52,050 bases of DNA from an uncultured Bifidobacterium sp. (GCA_964490435.1 CAZBCF010000001.1:49734-101783); one strand, 5' to 3'; positions 40,468-51,999 are shown, numbered from the stretch's first letter. A program made the numbers and translations. The notes: generated by a model from the letters alone, not told the origin.

Positions 40468-40491
40468 TCTCTTGATATCAAGATAACTCTA
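40468..40491 (-). promoter_or_regulatory. mdh-icd promoter -10 (TAGAGT) followed by palindromic operator-like site
   Basis: Perfect palindrome TCTTGATATCAAGA at 40470-40483 next to -10 TAGAGT (40491-40486). Confidence 0.6.
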
Positions 40492-40508
40492 CCCCCGCAG
40501 GTCAGGCG

Positions 40509-40733
40509 CTAAGGAAGCAAGAGCGCCAGAAGGGCGCAGGCCACTGCCATTGCGAGCAAGGTAAGAAGATCACTTCGCTGGCTCCGCCACGGGGTGCGAT
40601 CACCTCGCCGAAGGTGGAGAAGGAGGGCAATAAGGGCAAGACCCCCTGCCAGCGCTAGAGCGCCGATCCGAACCGAAGCGAGCAGGCTCACCACCGTTGC
40701 CAAGAGAACCACTAGGAGCGCTACCACAGTCAT
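40509..40733 (-). CDS. Small membrane protein (DUF3017-like by synteny)
   Basis: 74 aa hydrophobic ORF, ATGA-coupled to folD, at the usual DUF3017 position. Confidence 0.55.
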   Translation of the reverse strand: MTVVALLVVLLATVVSLLASVRIGALALAGGLALIALLLHLRRGDRTPWRSQRSDLLTLLAMAVACALLALLLP

Positions 40734-41572
40734 CTGCCGTTTCGCTCTGCCGCCTCGACCACATTCGCAAGGAGCATGGCGCGCGTCATCGGCCCGACAC
40801 CACCAGGCATTGGTGCGAAAAATCCGGCGCGATCTCGAACATCAGGATGCACATCACCGAGTAGACCCGAATCGGTTCGAGTGATTCCCACATCGAGCAC
40901 TGTAGCTCCAGCTTTTATATCTGCCGCAGTAATGAAATGAGCATTACCCAATGCCGCGACGACTATGTCTGCTCGAGCAAGATGCGCTCTCACATCGAGC
41001 GTTGCTGAATGGGTAATGGTCACAGTTGCGCTCTCGCGCTTGCGTGAGAGCAACAAACCTAGTGGTCGCCCTACAGTCAAACCTCTGCCAACTATGACTA
41101 CTTCAGCACCATTGATTCGCACTTGGTAGCGCTGCAACAACTCGACGATACCGCGCGGAGTACACGGAAGTGGCGCTGGTTGATCGAGGACTAACTTACC
41201 TAAATTCAGCGGGTGTAAGCCGTCGGCATCCTTCTCAGGATTAATCTCTTCAAGAATCGCATTCGCATCTATTCCACTCGGCAATGGCAATTGCACGATG
41301 TAACCAGTGCATTCGGGCGCAGCGTTGAGATCCCTGATTGCGGCACGAATATCATTGAAGCTTGCCTTTGCGGGCAAGTCGACTCGGATTGATTGGATTC
41401 CTACTTCAGCACAATCTCGATGTTTACCGCCCACATAAGCGTGCGAACCTGGGTCATCACCGACCAAAACAGTACCAAGGCCTGGCTTTACTTTTAGCGC
41501 TCGCACTCGGTTGGCTAATTCGCCTTTGATTTCACTGGCGACTTTCTTGCCATCGAGGATTTGTGCGCTCAC
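40730..41572 (-). CDS. folD: Methylenetetrahydrofolate dehydrogenase/cyclohydrolase
   Basis: [37 protein letters not shown]. Confidence 0.96.
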   Translation of the reverse strand: MSAQILDGKKVASEIKGELANRVRALKVKPGLGTVLVGDDPGSHAYVGGKHRDCAEVGIQSIRVDLPAKASFNDIRAAIRDLNAAPECTGYIVQLPLPSGIDANAILEEINPEKDADGLHPLNLGKLVLDQPAPLPCTPRGIVELLQRYQVRINGAEVVIVGRGLTVGRPLGLLLSRKRESATVTITHSATLDVRAHLARADIVVAALGNAHFITAADIKAGATVLDVGITRTDSGLLGDVHPDVRDRAGFFAPMPGGVGPMTRAMLLANVVEAAERNGR

Positions 41573-41602
41573 GAGGAAAGTCTAACGGGAATCAGAGCAA
41601 TT

Positions 41603-43153
41603 CTATGCGTGTGCGAAGTGGCGCACCCCGGTGAAATACATTGATATCCCGGCCTTTTCGACTGTTGCAATGACCTCTTCATCGCGAACGCTTCCACCTG
41701 GCTGCACGATTGCTCGCACTCCGCCCTCAATAAGAATCGATACTCCATCTGCAAACGGAAAGAATGCGTCGCTCGCCGCAAAACTCCCCCGCGCACGTTC
41801 ACCCGCGCGGGCAATTGCAAGGCGCGCTGAATCGACTCGATTGACTTGGCCCATCCCGATACCAACTGATGCACCTGCCTTGGCCAACAAAATCGCATTG
41901 CTTTTTACAGCGCGTATTGCACGCCAAGCAAACTCGAGATCAGCTAATTCAGTAGATGTAAGGGCAGGGCCTGCGACTAACTTCCACTCACTAGCGCCGT
42001 CACCTACAGCATCAATCCGATCGAATTGCTGCACAAGCAACCCACCATCTATGTGTCGATACTCAAGTGGACCACTCAGTGGATCAATCTGCAAGATTCG
42101 AATTGATGGCTTTTGTTTCAGGATCTCAAGAGCAGCCTCATCAAAATCTGGAGCCGCAATCACCTCAGTAAACACTTCAGCAACACTCAGAGCCATTTCA
42201 CGCGTCACCTTTCGGTTTGCTGCGATTACACCACCGAATGCTGACACTGGATCACATGCGTGCGCTCCTTGATATGCCTCATTGATGGTCTTACCAATTG
42301 CAATCCCACATGGATTGGTGTGCTTGATGATTGCAACTGCTGGTTCAGAGTGGTCGTGTGCTGCGCGCCAGGCTGCTTCGATATCCACATAATTGTTATA
42401 AGACATCTCTTTCCCGTGTAAGACCGACGCATTCGCGAGGCCAGATCTCACTCCTGTTTCTGTATAGAGGCCAGCGCTCTGATGAGGATTCTCGCCATAA
42501 CGGAGCGAACGCATTTTGGTGAAACTCTGTCCAACCCATTGAGGTATCGCATCAGCACCGCCCTCTGTTTGAGCGCCCAACCACGTCGCGACCGCGATGT
42601 CATAACTTGCAGTCGCTCGAAATGCAGCCACGGCAAGTTCTGCGCGCTCAGTGAGAGTCGTGCCGCCCTTCTTAATGGCATCGATGATCATCGGATATTG
42701 CGAGGTACTCGAGACCACTGCCACGCTGTGGTGATTCTTGGCAGCGCCACGAATCATGCTCGGACCGCCAATATCGATTTGCTCGATGCATTGATCGACC
42801 GAAGCACCACTCATGACAGTCTCGACGAATGGATAGAGCGAGACTGCTACCAAATCAAAGGGCGCGATGTCCAACTCTTTCAGTTGCTCGCCATGGCTTG
42901 CTAAACGTAAATCAGCGAGAATTCCGGCATGAATGATTGGGTGCAGAGTTTTAACTCTGCCATCAAGAGATTCGGGAAAGCCCGTGAGAGATTCGACCCG
43001 AACCACTGGGATGCCACCCTGCTCGAGCGTCGCAGCAGTGCTTCCAGTCGAGACGATTTCGACCCCGTTGCCATCTAATTCGCGAGCAAATTCAAGTAGG
43101 CCACTCTTATCGTAAACGCTCACGAGTGCGCGCTTGATTGGCTTGCGGGTCAC
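41603..43153 (-). CDS. purH: AICAR transformylase/IMP cyclohydrolase
   Basis: [51 protein letters not shown]. Confidence 0.97.
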   Translation of the reverse strand: MTRKPIKRALVSVYDKSGLLEFARELDGNGVEIVSTGSTAATLEQGGIPVVRVESLTGFPESLDGRVKTLHPIIHAGILADLRLASHGEQLKELDIAPFDLVAVSLYPFVETVMSGASVDQCIEQIDIGGPSMIRGAAKNHHSVAVVSSTSQYPMIIDAIKKGGTTLTERAELAVAAFRATASYDIAVATWLGAQTEGGADAIPQWVGQSFTKMRSLRYGENPHQSAGLYTETGVRSGLANASVLHGKEMSYNNYVDIEAAWRAAHDHSEPAVAIIKHTNPCGIAIGKTINEAYQGAHACDPVSAFGGVIAANRKVTREMALSVAEVFTEVIAAPDFDEAALEILKQKPSIRILQIDPLSGPLEYRHIDGGLLVQQFDRIDAVGDGASEWKLVAGPALTSTELADLEFAWRAIRAVKSNAILLAKAGASVGIGMGQVNRVDSARLAIARAGERARGSFAASDAFFPFADGVSILIEGGVRAIVQPGGSVRDEEVIATVEKAGISMYFTGVRHFAHA

Positions 43154-43743
43154 TGTTCCTCCTCTAGTAATCGAAGTATGCCAGTGATGATGAGTTCTCT
43201 CTCAAGTACCTTGATTCTGCTATGCAATGCCGCTTCGTTCTCATGAGGGAGTATCTCTAGGCTCCGTTGCTCAATGATCTCGCCGGTATCAACGCCTGCA
43301 TCCATAAAATGGAGCGTGCACCCACTCTCACGCACCCCGGCAGCAAGAGCATCGCGCACTGCATGTGCACCTGGAAATTTCGGAAGTAACGATGGATGGG
43401 TATTGATGATCCGGAAGCTACTGACAAACCACGGCGAAAGAATCTTCATGAAACCAGCGCTCACAACTAACCAAGGATCTGCAGCGGCTACGACACTGTG
43501 TAATTCTCGCTCCCACTCCCTGCGCTCTGAACCCGATCGAAATTCTACGAGCGCACTCGGTAATTTTGCGCGATTGGCTCTTTCCAAGATGCCGGCGTGA
43601 GGGTTCTCGGTAACGATTTGGGTGATTGCGACTCTTCCGTACAGCGCACCAGTTGGTTCACTAACTGAATCGATAATCGCTTGCGCGACGCTGCCATCCC
43701 CTGATGCAAGAATCACCAGCGCTTTCGAAGCACCGCTACTCAC
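43150..43743 (-). CDS. purN: Phosphoribosylglycinamide formyltransferase
   Basis: [32 protein letters not shown]. Confidence 0.93.
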   Translation of the reverse strand: MSSGASKALVILASGDGSVAQAIIDSVSEPTGALYGRVAITQIVTENPHAGILERANRAKLPSALVEFRSGSERREWERELHSVVAAADPWLVVSAGFMKILSPWFVSSFRIINTHPSLLPKFPGAHAVRDALAAGVRESGCTLHFMDAGVDTGEIIEQRSLEILPHENEAALHSRIKVLERELIITGILRLLEEEQ

Positions 43744-44846
43744 TTAGGACCCCACTTGTCGTACCCGACTTTGATGCCCATGCCTAGAGAGATTTCTAGC
43801 AAAAACACGAGTGGGAATTGCCAGAGTGATGGGCCTACGCTGGCGAGAGTGCCACCAAGTAGCGTTCCATTACTCAACCAGGTGAGCGCGAATATAAGAG
43901 ATGTAAGCGCTAGTGGAAAAATCAAATACCCAAATCGCAATTCGCTGATTGATGTGCGTTTAATGATTGTCATGACGAAGATGCCCGCACCGACTCCAAT
44001 AAGCGCGCCCAGATATAGAACTGGATGCGGCTTGGATGGGATAGCGCCAAGTAATGGAAAGGCGGGAATCGCATCTAGTTGGTGAAATCCGGGCGAGACC
44101 AAAGTGCCCGAACCAACTGCGAATCCTGAACCTAAAAGATAAGAGAGCGCCGAGATTGCCATGTTGGGCAATGTGAGAATGGCAAGAAGCGTGAGCAGGA
44201 TGCCGCCAATAATGCCGGCATCAAGGACTGCATACAGATCACGAACTTCCGAGAAATGGAGTGCGAGTGAGAGTGAATAAGCGAACGCACCAACGCCCAA
44301 AAGGGTGCCAATGACGATTGTCGAGATTCGAGTGAGGTCGCGCAACAGTGAGGGATTCCCGCTTGGGACAACCACAGTGAATTCTGCCGCCGCTATGAGC
44401 GCTCCGACAATCACTGGCGCCCACCACCAACGCGGATGCACATCAGCAGATCGGGAAACAAGTGCTGCGACAATCATTATGGCTGTATAGCTAAGGAAAA
44501 ACCCGATTATTCCCTGACGTTGCTTTGTGTTCAATGATCGAGTTGAGTCAAATTGACGATGCAATCGATTGAGCGCACCGCGAAAGGCGATAAATGGAAA
44601 AATCAATGCTCCGAGTGGAAGGAAACTGAGCGCGCCTTGGATTCCCGACGGTGGTAGCGCCAACGAAAAAGTCAGATGATGCGCGCCAAGCCAAATCCAG
44701 AATGATCCACGTAAGGCATCGCTCATCTGTCCACTTAGTGAGCCTGCCGTCGCCCATGCGACCAGCGCTATCAATGCGAGTGGGATGAATGTTGAGAGCG
44801 CAGCGCGCACTCCTTCTGCTGCGCCAGCGATGAGCGGGCGCGCCAT
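43740..44846 (-). CDS. DUF6350/PerM-like integral membrane protein
   Basis: WLGAHH, LPLG, LPN...Y..G.GFAVG.GT, P.FPLLGAIP; between sucD and purN. Confidence 0.8.
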   Translation of the reverse strand: MARPLIAGAAEGVRAALSTFIPLALIALVAWATAGSLSGQMSDALRGSFWIWLGAHHLTFSLALPPSGIQGALSFLPLGALIFPFIAFRGALNRLHRQFDSTRSLNTKQRQGIIGFFLSYTAIMIVAALVSRSADVHPRWWWAPVIVGALIAAAEFTVVVPSGNPSLLRDLTRISTIVIGTLLGVGAFAYSLSLALHFSEVRDLYAVLDAGIIGGILLTLLAILTLPNMAISALSYLLGSGFAVGSGTLVSPGFHQLDAIPAFPLLGAIPSKPHPVLYLGALIGVGAGIFVMTIIKRTSISELRFGYLIFPLALTSLIFALTWLSNGTLLGGTLASVGPSLWQFPLVFLLEISLGMGIKVGYDKWGPK

Positions 44847-44848
44847 CG

Positions 44849-45730
44849 TTAGCGTCCGAGAATTGATCGGAGTAAACGCGCAGTCTCAGACGGTGTGACT
44901 CCTACTCGGACACCGACTGCTTCGAGCGCATCTCGCTTTGCGGAGGCTGTACCTGAAGAACCTGACACGATTGCACCAGCATGGCCCATCGTCTTGCCCT
45001 CAGGGGCCGTAAAACCGGCGACGTACCCGACAACCGGTTTAGTCACGTACTCCTTGATGAACGCCGCAGCGCGCTCTTCAGCATCACCGCCAATTTCACC
45101 AATCATGACTATAACTTCAGTCTTTGGATCATCTTGGAAAGCGCGTAGGCAATCGATGTGAGAGGTGCCGATAACAGGATCACCACCAATTCCTACGGCA
45201 GTTGAGAATCCGATATCACGGAGTTCGTACATCATCTGATACGTCAACGTTCCCGATTTTGAAACTAATCCAATCGGTCCGCCACCAGTGATGTCTGCTG
45301 GAATGATCCCGACATTCGACTCACCTGGAGTGATGAGGCCAGGGCAATTTGGTCCGATGATTCGTGTTGTGCCTTTACTCTGAGCGTAGGCCACGAATTG
45401 TGTCGAATCATGCACGGGGATTCCCTCAGTGATGACCACTACAAGTGGCACGCTGGCATCAACTGCATCGATTACAGCAGCCTTAGTAAACTTTGCAGGA
45501 ACAAAAATCACAGAAACATTGGCACCAGTTGCAGCAACTGCTTCACTCGCGGAATTGAAGACCGGCAGAGTTTTGCCGTCCATATCAACGCTTTGGCCAC
45601 CCTTACCAGGCGTGACGCCTCCGACCACCTGAGTTCCTGACTTGAGCATTCGCTTGGTGTGTTTGGTGCCTTCAGAGCCTGTCATTCCATGCACGATGAC
45701 GCGACTGTCCTTGTTGAGGTAGATACTCAT
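44849..45730 (-). CDS. sucD: Succinyl-CoA synthetase alpha subunit
   Basis: [34 protein letters not shown]. Confidence 0.97.
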   Translation of the reverse strand: MSIYLNKDSRVIVHGMTGSEGTKHTKRMLKSGTQVVGGVTPGKGGQSVDMDGKTLPVFNSASEAVAATGANVSVIFVPAKFTKAAVIDAVDASVPLVVVITEGIPVHDSTQFVAYAQSKGTTRIIGPNCPGLITPGESNVGIIPADITGGGPIGLVSKSGTLTYQMMYELRDIGFSTAVGIGGDPVIGTSHIDCLRAFQDDPKTEVIVMIGEIGGDAEERAAAFIKEYVTKPVVGYVAGFTAPEGKTMGHAGAIVSGSSGTASAKRDALEAVGVRVGVTPSETARLLRSILGR

Positions 45731-46893
45731 TATTTGGACGCCAATTCTGCTGCGCGAGCAGCTGCGCCATCCATCGTCTCGACTTGCTCGACAAGCGGAT
45801 GATTTGCCTCTTTTAAGATTCGCCGACCCTCGAGAACGTTGTTGCCATCGAGACGGACCACAATTGGTTTGGTCGCCTTCGCACCTAACATGTTCAAGGC
45901 TTGGATGATGCCGTTTGCCACTGCATCACATGCGGTAATCCCGCCAAAAACATTCACAAAGACGCTTTTCACATCTTTATCATTCAAAATGATTGAGAGG
46001 CCATCAGCCATCACTTGTGCTGAGGCGCCGCCACCGATGTCGAGGAAGTTCGCAGGCTTCATGCCGCCAAATTTCTCGCCGGCATAAGCCACGACATCAA
46101 GGGTGCTCATCACAAGGCCGGCACCGTTACCGATAATCCCAACTTGGCCATCGAGTTTGACGTAGTTGAGATCTTTCTCTTTTGCTAACGCCTCAAGTGG
46201 GTTTGTCGATGCATGATCAACGAGCGCTTCGTGATCAGGGTGGCGAAAGCCGGCATTGTCATCGAGGGTCACTTTGCCATCGAGGGCGATGATTCGACCG
46301 TCTTCAGTGCGCACCAGAGGGTTAACTTCGACAAGAGTGGCATCTTCAGCAACGAAACATGCCCAGAGTTTGACGAGTACCTCCGCGACCTGTTTTTGGA
46401 CATCCGCAGGGAATTGCGCCTGCTTTGCGATGGATTCGGCGAGCGCAAGGTCGATTCCTTTCGCAGGGTCTACATGAACCTTTGCAAGTTTTTCGGGAGT
46501 CTCATGCGCAACCTGTTCGATATCCATGCCGCCTGCTACAGATGCCATGACCAGGAAGGTTCGGGCAGCGCGATCGAGGAGGATTGCGAGGTAATACTCC
46601 TCTTTGATGGGTGCGGCCTGCGCAATCATCACTTTATGCACCGTATGTCCCTTGATATCCATGCCAAGGATTGCCTCTGCTTTTAGATAAGCATCATCAG
46701 GATCGGTTGCGAGTTTGACGCCGCCTGCTTTGCCACGGCCACCGATTTTCACTTGTGCCTTAACGACGACTTTGCCGCCCATTCCTGCTGCGGCGCTCTT
46801 TGCCTCATCAGGTGTCGTTGCGACTTTTCCTGCCAAAACTGGGATTGCGTGGGCCTCGAATACATCGCGCGCTTGATACTCGAATAGATCCAC
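45730..46893 (-). CDS. sucC: Succinyl-CoA synthetase beta subunit
   Basis: [39 protein letters not shown]. Confidence 0.97.
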   Translation of the reverse strand: MDLFEYQARDVFEAHAIPVLAGKVATTPDEAKSAAAGMGGKVVVKAQVKIGGRGKAGGVKLATDPDDAYLKAEAILGMDIKGHTVHKVMIAQAAPIKEEYYLAILLDRAARTFLVMASVAGGMDIEQVAHETPEKLAKVHVDPAKGIDLALAESIAKQAQFPADVQKQVAEVLVKLWACFVAEDATLVEVNPLVRTEDGRIIALDGKVTLDDNAGFRHPDHEALVDHASTNPLEALAKEKDLNYVKLDGQVGIIGNGAGLVMSTLDVVAYAGEKFGGMKPANFLDIGGGASAQVMADGLSIILNDKDVKSVFVNVFGGITACDAVANGIIQALNMLGAKATKPIVVRLDGNNVLEGRRILKEANHPLVEQVETMDGAAARAAELASK

Positions 46894-46925
46894 GAAAAGT
46901 TGCCCCCTATGTGTGTAGCGTCATC

Positions 46926-47318
46926 TTAGCGATGGGTCACTGATTCTTTGACCCATTCGGCTATCTCGTTCGTTGAGGCGCCTGATGTAAAAATTTTGGC
47001 TACGCCCAACGTTTCCAATTCTTTGATGTCATCATCGGGTATGACGCCACCTCCAAAGACAAGAATCTTCCGTTCTCCAATGAGCTCCATGATTCGCTTG
47101 AAGAGGCTCAGGTGCGCACCCGAGAGAATAGAGAGACCAATCGCATCGGCATCCTCTTGAATCGCCGTAGTTACTATCTCTTCGGGGCTTTGGTGCAATC
47201 CGGTGTAGATGACCTCGCAGCCTGCATCACGAAGGGTTCGGGCTACAACTTTGGCGCCGCGATCGTGACCATCAAGGCCTGCCTTCGCCACCACCACGCG
47301 AATCGGACCGTTACCCAT
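46926..47318 (-). CDS. Stand-alone cobalamin-binding subunit of acyl-CoA mutase (IcmB-like)
   Basis: [10 protein letters not shown] (DxHxxG), [16 protein letters not shown]; start at ATG 47318 or 47324. Confidence 0.9.
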   Translation of the reverse strand: MGNGPIRVVVAKAGLDGHDRGAKVVARTLRDAGCEVIYTGLHQSPEEIVTTAIQEDADAIGLSILSGAHLSLFKRIMELIGERKILVFGGGVIPDDDIKELETLGVAKIFTSGASTNEIAEWVKESVTHR

Positions 47319-47355
47319 AGCCATACCGTGCCACCCGAGAGGCCTGGGTGCCAAA

Positions 47356-49572
47356 TCAGAGCTTTTCGACCGGGGCATATCTCAACAGAAGGCGGCGCTC
47401 GCCATAACTTCCAAAATCAATAGTCGCTTCGGCACGATCTGCCTCGCCATTGAGGGAGCGAACAGTGCCGATGCCGAAGGTCTGATGGAGCACCCGATCT
47501 CCTACTGCTAGGTCGAGTGCAATCACGCGCTTACCTGTCGAGCGAACTTGTGGTGCACTTTTTATCTTTGGTGTGAAGGTAGGTGACTTACGCTCGAGTA
47601 AGTGTTCGGGAATCTCACCAAAGAAGCGTGAGGGCGCGTTGTATGTGGGAGTACCAAACATGAATCGAGTAGATGCGCGGGTTAAGTAGAGCCGTTCGCG
47701 CGCACGTGTCAGACCTACGTAAGCAAGGCGACGCTCTTCTTCGATCTCATTAGGGTCGCCTAAAGAGCGCGAATGCGGAAAGACGCCTTCTTCGAGACCT
47801 GTGAGGAAGACTGTCGGGAATTCAAGGCCCTTTGCGGTGTGGAGCGTCATGAGCGTGACAACGCCACCATGATCCTCGCCATCTGGAATCTGATCTGAAT
47901 CGGCGACTAGGGAGACTCGCTCTAAGAAACCAATGAGAGAAATCTCTTCGACGTCATCGTCGGGCCCGATTGCTCTCTCGTCTTCTTCATATTCTTGCGC
48001 GACTGCAACTAACTCTTCGATATTCTCCAGACGTCCTTCATCTTGTGGATCGGTGCTATCAGAGAGTTCGGCGCCGAGGCCACTTTGTTCGATGACCGCT
48101 TCAGCGATAACCGATGGCTTGAAACCCTTTTCGACCATGGTGCGCAAGGTCGCCATGAGGTTTGCGAAGTGATCGATGGACGATATCGCGCGGGCGCCGA
48201 GATCAGCAGCTTGGTCTGCACGGAATAAGGCATCCCAGAGCGGAAGGTCGAGCGCGTCGAGTGCAGCAATTGCCTTATCGCCGATGCCACGTTTAGGGAC
48301 ATTGATGATTCGTCGGAGCGAGATCTCGTCGTAAGGATTCGCGAGCACGCGCAGGTAGGCCAGGAGATCGCGAACTTCCTTTCGCTCATAAAAGCGGACG
48401 CCACCGACCACTTTGTATGGGATTGCGCTCCGCATGAATACCTCTTCGAAGGGACGTGATTGATTATTAGTGCGATAGAAGATCGCTGTATCCCCTGGTT
48501 GTGAAATTCCTTCGCTTTGAAGTGAGCGAATCTCACTCATGACGAACTCGGCCTCATCACGTTCGTCATCTGCTTCGTAGGTGATGATTGCCGACCCTGC
48601 GCCAGAGTCACTCCAAAGATTCTTCGCTTTGCGACTGGCGTTATTAGTGATGACGGCGTTCGCTGCGGAGAGAATGTTTTGAGTAGAGCGATAGTTCTGC
48701 TCTAAAAGAATGGTGCGCGCTGACGGGTAATCCTCTTCGAATTGGAGGATGTTACGAATGGTCGCGCCGCGGAAGGCATAGATTGATTGATCTGCATCAC
48801 CAACGACACATAACTCTGCTGGTGGCAAACCATCGGCTTGGTCGCCAACCAGTTCGCGCACCAAAACATATTGAGCATGGTTGGTGTCTTGATATTCATC
48901 GACTAGGACATGGCGAAAGCGTGATCGATAGCGCGCTTTCACTTCAGGATGGCGTTGCAGGAGCTCAACGGCTTTCATAATCAAATCGTCGAAATCGAAG
49001 ACGTTCCCCTCATGTAGTTTCTTCTGGTAGATCGCATATGTTTCAGCGACGACTTCCTCGAAATGGTTTGTGGTCTGGTTTGCGTAATCGGCTGGGCCAA
49101 TCAATTCATTCTTCGCATTGCTGATTAAAGCGTGAATCTGACGGGGGTTATAGCGTTTTGGATCGAGGTTGAGATCTTTTCCGATGAGCGCGACCAAACG
49201 TTGTGCATCACTCTGATCGTAAATCGTGAAGTTCTGCTTGTATCCGACCGCTACGGCCTCTTGCCGCAAAATGCGAACGCATGCGGAGTGGAAAGTAGAG
49301 ACCCACATCGACCTCGCTCGTGGACCGACGAGAGCTTGTACTCGCTCGCGCATTTCGCCTGCCGCTTTGTTGGTGAAGGTGATGGCGAGAATCTCGTAGG
49401 GAGCCACGGCGCGCACCGCCAACAGGTGTGCGATCCGATTGGTGAGAACGCGAGTCTTACCCGACCCAGCGCCGGCCACAATCAGCAGCGGTGAGCCAGA
49501 GTGCAGGACTGCTTCGCGCTGTGCTGGGTTTAACCCATCAAGGAGTGGGTGATTGCCCCCGGTTTCACTCAT
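47356..49572 (-). CDS. pcrA: ATP-dependent DNA helicase PcrA/UvrD
   Basis: [57 protein letters not shown]. Confidence 0.96.
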   Translation of the reverse strand: MSETGGNHPLLDGLNPAQREAVLHSGSPLLIVAGAGSGKTRVLTNRIAHLLAVRAVAPYEILAITFTNKAAGEMRERVQALVGPRARSMWVSTFHSACVRILRQEAVAVGYKQNFTIYDQSDAQRLVALIGKDLNLDPKRYNPRQIHALISNAKNELIGPADYANQTTNHFEEVVAETYAIYQKKLHEGNVFDFDDLIMKAVELLQRHPEVKARYRSRFRHVLVDEYQDTNHAQYVLVRELVGDQADGLPPAELCVVGDADQSIYAFRGATIRNILQFEEDYPSARTILLEQNYRSTQNILSAANAVITNNASRKAKNLWSDSGAGSAIITYEADDERDEAEFVMSEIRSLQSEGISQPGDTAIFYRTNNQSRPFEEVFMRSAIPYKVVGGVRFYERKEVRDLLAYLRVLANPYDEISLRRIINVPKRGIGDKAIAALDALDLPLWDALFRADQAADLGARAISSIDHFANLMATLRTMVEKGFKPSVIAEAVIEQSGLGAELSDSTDPQDEGRLENIEELVAVAQEYEEDERAIGPDDDVEEISLIGFLERVSLVADSDQIPDGEDHGGVVTLMTLHTAKGLEFPTVFLTGLEEGVFPHSRSLGDPNEIEEERRLAYVGLTRARERLYLTRASTRFMFGTPTYNAPSRFFGEIPEHLLERKSPTFTPKIKSAPQVRSTGKRVIALDLAVGDRVLHQTFGIGTVRSLNGEADRAEATIDFGSYGERRLLLRYAPVEKL

Positions 49573-49611
49573 AATGTACGAGCCTAACCTGACCCACTGA
49601 TAAGGAGCGCC

Positions 49612-50334
49612 ATGGAGCCGATTGCCGACTCAGAGATTTCACGAGTCCTTGCGGTGACTGCGCACCCCGATGACATCGACTTTGGCGCAGGCGGCACCAT
49701 CGCACAATGGACTGCAAAGGGAATCGAAGTCTCATATTGCATCGCAACCAATGGCGACCAAGGTGGCGAAGATCCTGATATTCCTCGAGATCAGATGCCA
49801 ATCATCAGACAGAAGGAACAGCGTGACGCTGGAAAGATTGTTGGCGTCACCGATATTGAATTCTTAAATTATAGAGATGGATGGCTTGAACCCACTATCG
49901 AGCTACGGAAGAAGATTGTTCGCGCGATTCGTCGAGTTAAACCAGATCGGATGATCATTCAAAGCCCAGAACGAAACTGGGATCGCTTAGGTGCAAGCCA
50001 TCCTGATCACATGGCTGCAGGCGAAGCTGCAATTCAGGCTGTCTATCCCGATGCGCGTAATCGTTTTGCGTTCATGGATCTTTTGGATGAAGGTTTAGAA
50101 CCTTGGCGCGTAAAGGAAGTCTGGGTCACTTCAATGGTGACACCGAATCACTATGTTGATATCACCGACACCTTTCCCAACAAGATGGCAGCCCTCCATG
50201 CACATGTAAGCCAAACCGCTCATAATGCAGATTTAGAGAAGATAGTCCGCGAGTGGGGCGAGCGCAATGCAGCCGCTGGTGGCTTACCTGAAGGTCGAAT
50301 CGCTGAAGCGTTCCGAATCGTCAACACCAACTAG
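49612..50334 (+). CDS. PIG-L family deacetylase
   Basis: AHPDD, TNGD.G, R..EQ..A, HPDH, H.SQ; AAGGAG RBS. Confidence 0.9.
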   Translation: MEPIADSEISRVLAVTAHPDDIDFGAGGTIAQWTAKGIEVSYCIATNGDQGGEDPDIPRDQMPIIRQKEQRDAGKIVGVTDIEFLNYRDGWLEPTIELRKKIVRAIRRVKPDRMIIQSPERNWDRLGASHPDHMAAGEAAIQAVYPDARNRFAFMDLLDEGLEPWRVKEVWVTSMVTPNHYVDITDTFPNKMAALHAHVSQTAHNADLEKIVREWGERNAAAGGLPEGRIAEAFRIVNTN

Positions 50335-50347
50335 TTACTTGACCTGG

Positions 50348-51967
50348 TTATTTAACTTGCTTGAAACCCTTTGGGCATTTGGGGCTTACACCCTTCACCT
50401 TCTTTGTGACGCTACCCTTCTTACAGGTAATAGCCTTAGTGCTCTTTGGGGCGATGAGTTTTACTCGCAAAGTAGGTGAGGAAAAGTTGAAACCCTGCGC
50501 GCTCATGAGCAGGAAACCATTCTTCTCTTGCACAGTGGTTGTTGATGTTTTTTCGACATTTCCATCTTTCAGAACTGAAATACTTGCCGAAGTGGGCACT
50601 TTTGCGAAGTCGTAGATGCACTTAGCCACCCGCGAGTCCATAAGTAAATCGTACGTGCCTTCGAACGGTTGGTTGTTAGGTGCAAAATGCGGGGATGAAA
50701 CTACGTAATCAAGATTGCCCGTCGAAGGATCAAAATCTGGAGGACCAGTCATATATGTGAGCGCATTCGTCGAGACCATTCCCGCAAAGCCAGATATCTC
50801 AGAGACACAATTTTGAATAATTTGATTTGGTCCCGAAGGCATACTGCCAAATTTCCAAATTGCTGGCGTAGCAGCCGCTTTGTCAGCAGCATCTCCAGCA
50901 AATTTTCGCCAATTTTCGAATCCTTCTGTATTTCCCGACAACCCCGGGTAAACAGCAAGACTATTAAAAGTTCCAAAACTCTCGTTCATGCCACCGCTGT
51001 AATTATGGAAGGTTTGTATATATGTATCATCACTTCCATTGCCTAGATTTCGCAAATTCTTGTATGGCACAGCAGTGCTTTGTATCGGAACTTGCAACGG
51101 CAAGCCTTCAATCGCAATGGTGGTCACATTTCCTAAATACTTCACTTCGGCCACCGGGCTTTTGATTCTGCCATGTAGCCATCCGAGAGGAGTGCCTGCA
51201 AATCTCAATTTTAAACCCAGTTTAAGGTTCTCCGGGAAAGGCATCTTTAATTGACAAACCTTTGTTACATCATCAAAAGCCGCACATCTTTTCTTTTCCC
51301 GATCTAATTTTGTTCTGATCTCTTCTTCTGAATACAAAGTTTTGAAATCTAACTCGTCAACTGTATAAATCTGAGCACTATAGAACTGTATTGGATTAAA
51401 ATTCTTTGGTGGCGGACCCTGTTTTCGCGTTGAAGTGACCGAATATGTTCCGACAGCAACGATGAAGTTTGTTTCAGCACTCCCTGAAATTCCTGGCACA
51501 CTAAAAAGGCTAGGATTTGCAGCTTTGAGCAGATACCGAGAACCGGCGTTGCTATAGAGATCCTTAGTTGAAGCGGGAAAGTTTTGTTTGAATTTTCCCT
51601 TGAATCTCTTTCCTGCATCATTGGTTACCCAAAACTCTTCGATGCAATCGGTATCACTGCTTGTTCGGCATGTATCGAAGTAGGTTGAATAAATCAAACT
51701 AATGGCCTCTTGGCATCTTGGATCATCCACGCTGGAGCATCTCAATCCCGGCACGGATTTGCCAGGAGGAAATCCAGGCTCAATCGCAGGTTTTTGATAC
51801 GCGCTCATTAAGCCTTCACCCCAATTAAATTCGAGCATTCGTTCTGTTTCACCACCCGAGCGCGGGGCAATCCACTGTTCATCAGGAGCAGCTTGAGCGA
51901 TGGTAGGAACGGCGGCTGCAATAAGAGCAAATGAGGACAATGCAATCAGCAATAATTTCCGCACCAT
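50348..51967 (-). CDS. Uncharacterised secreted protein with C-terminal Cys/Lys-rich module
   Basis: Sec signal (MVRKLLLIAL...AQA), several Cys pairs, tail ITCKKGSVTKKVKGVSPKCPKGFK; AT-richer than neighbours. Confidence 0.8.
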   Translation of the reverse strand: MVRKLLLIALSSFALIAAAVPTIAQAAPDEQWIAPRSGGETERMLEFNWGEGLMSAYQKPAIEPGFPPGKSVPGLRCSSVDDPRCQEAISLIYSTYFDTCRTSSDTDCIEEFWVTNDAGKRFKGKFKQNFPASTKDLYSNAGSRYLLKAANPSLFSVPGISGSAETNFIVAVGTYSVTSTRKQGPPPKNFNPIQFYSAQIYTVDELDFKTLYSEEEIRTKLDREKKRCAAFDDVTKVCQLKMPFPENLKLGLKLRFAGTPLGWLHGRIKSPVAEVKYLGNVTTIAIEGLPLQVPIQSTAVPYKNLRNLGNGSDDTYIQTFHNYSGGMNESFGTFNSLAVYPGLSGNTEGFENWRKFAGDAADKAAATPAIWKFGSMPSGPNQIIQNCVSEISGFAGMVSTNALTYMTGPPDFDPSTGNLDYVVSSPHFAPNNQPFEGTYDLLMDSRVAKCIYDFAKVPTSASISVLKDGNVEKTSTTTVQEKNGFLLMSAQGFNFSSPTLRVKLIAPKSTKAITCKKGSVTKKVKGVSPKCPKGFKQVK

Positions 51968-51999
51968 CCAAGGTTATGCGAAATATCAAAGAAAGAGAA

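Noticed and set aside
41631-42272. 213-aa plus-strand ORF (and similar antisense ORFs at 24893-25444, 39800-40309, 13657-14223)
   Set aside because: Antisense shadows of well-conserved genes, with no recognisable motifs
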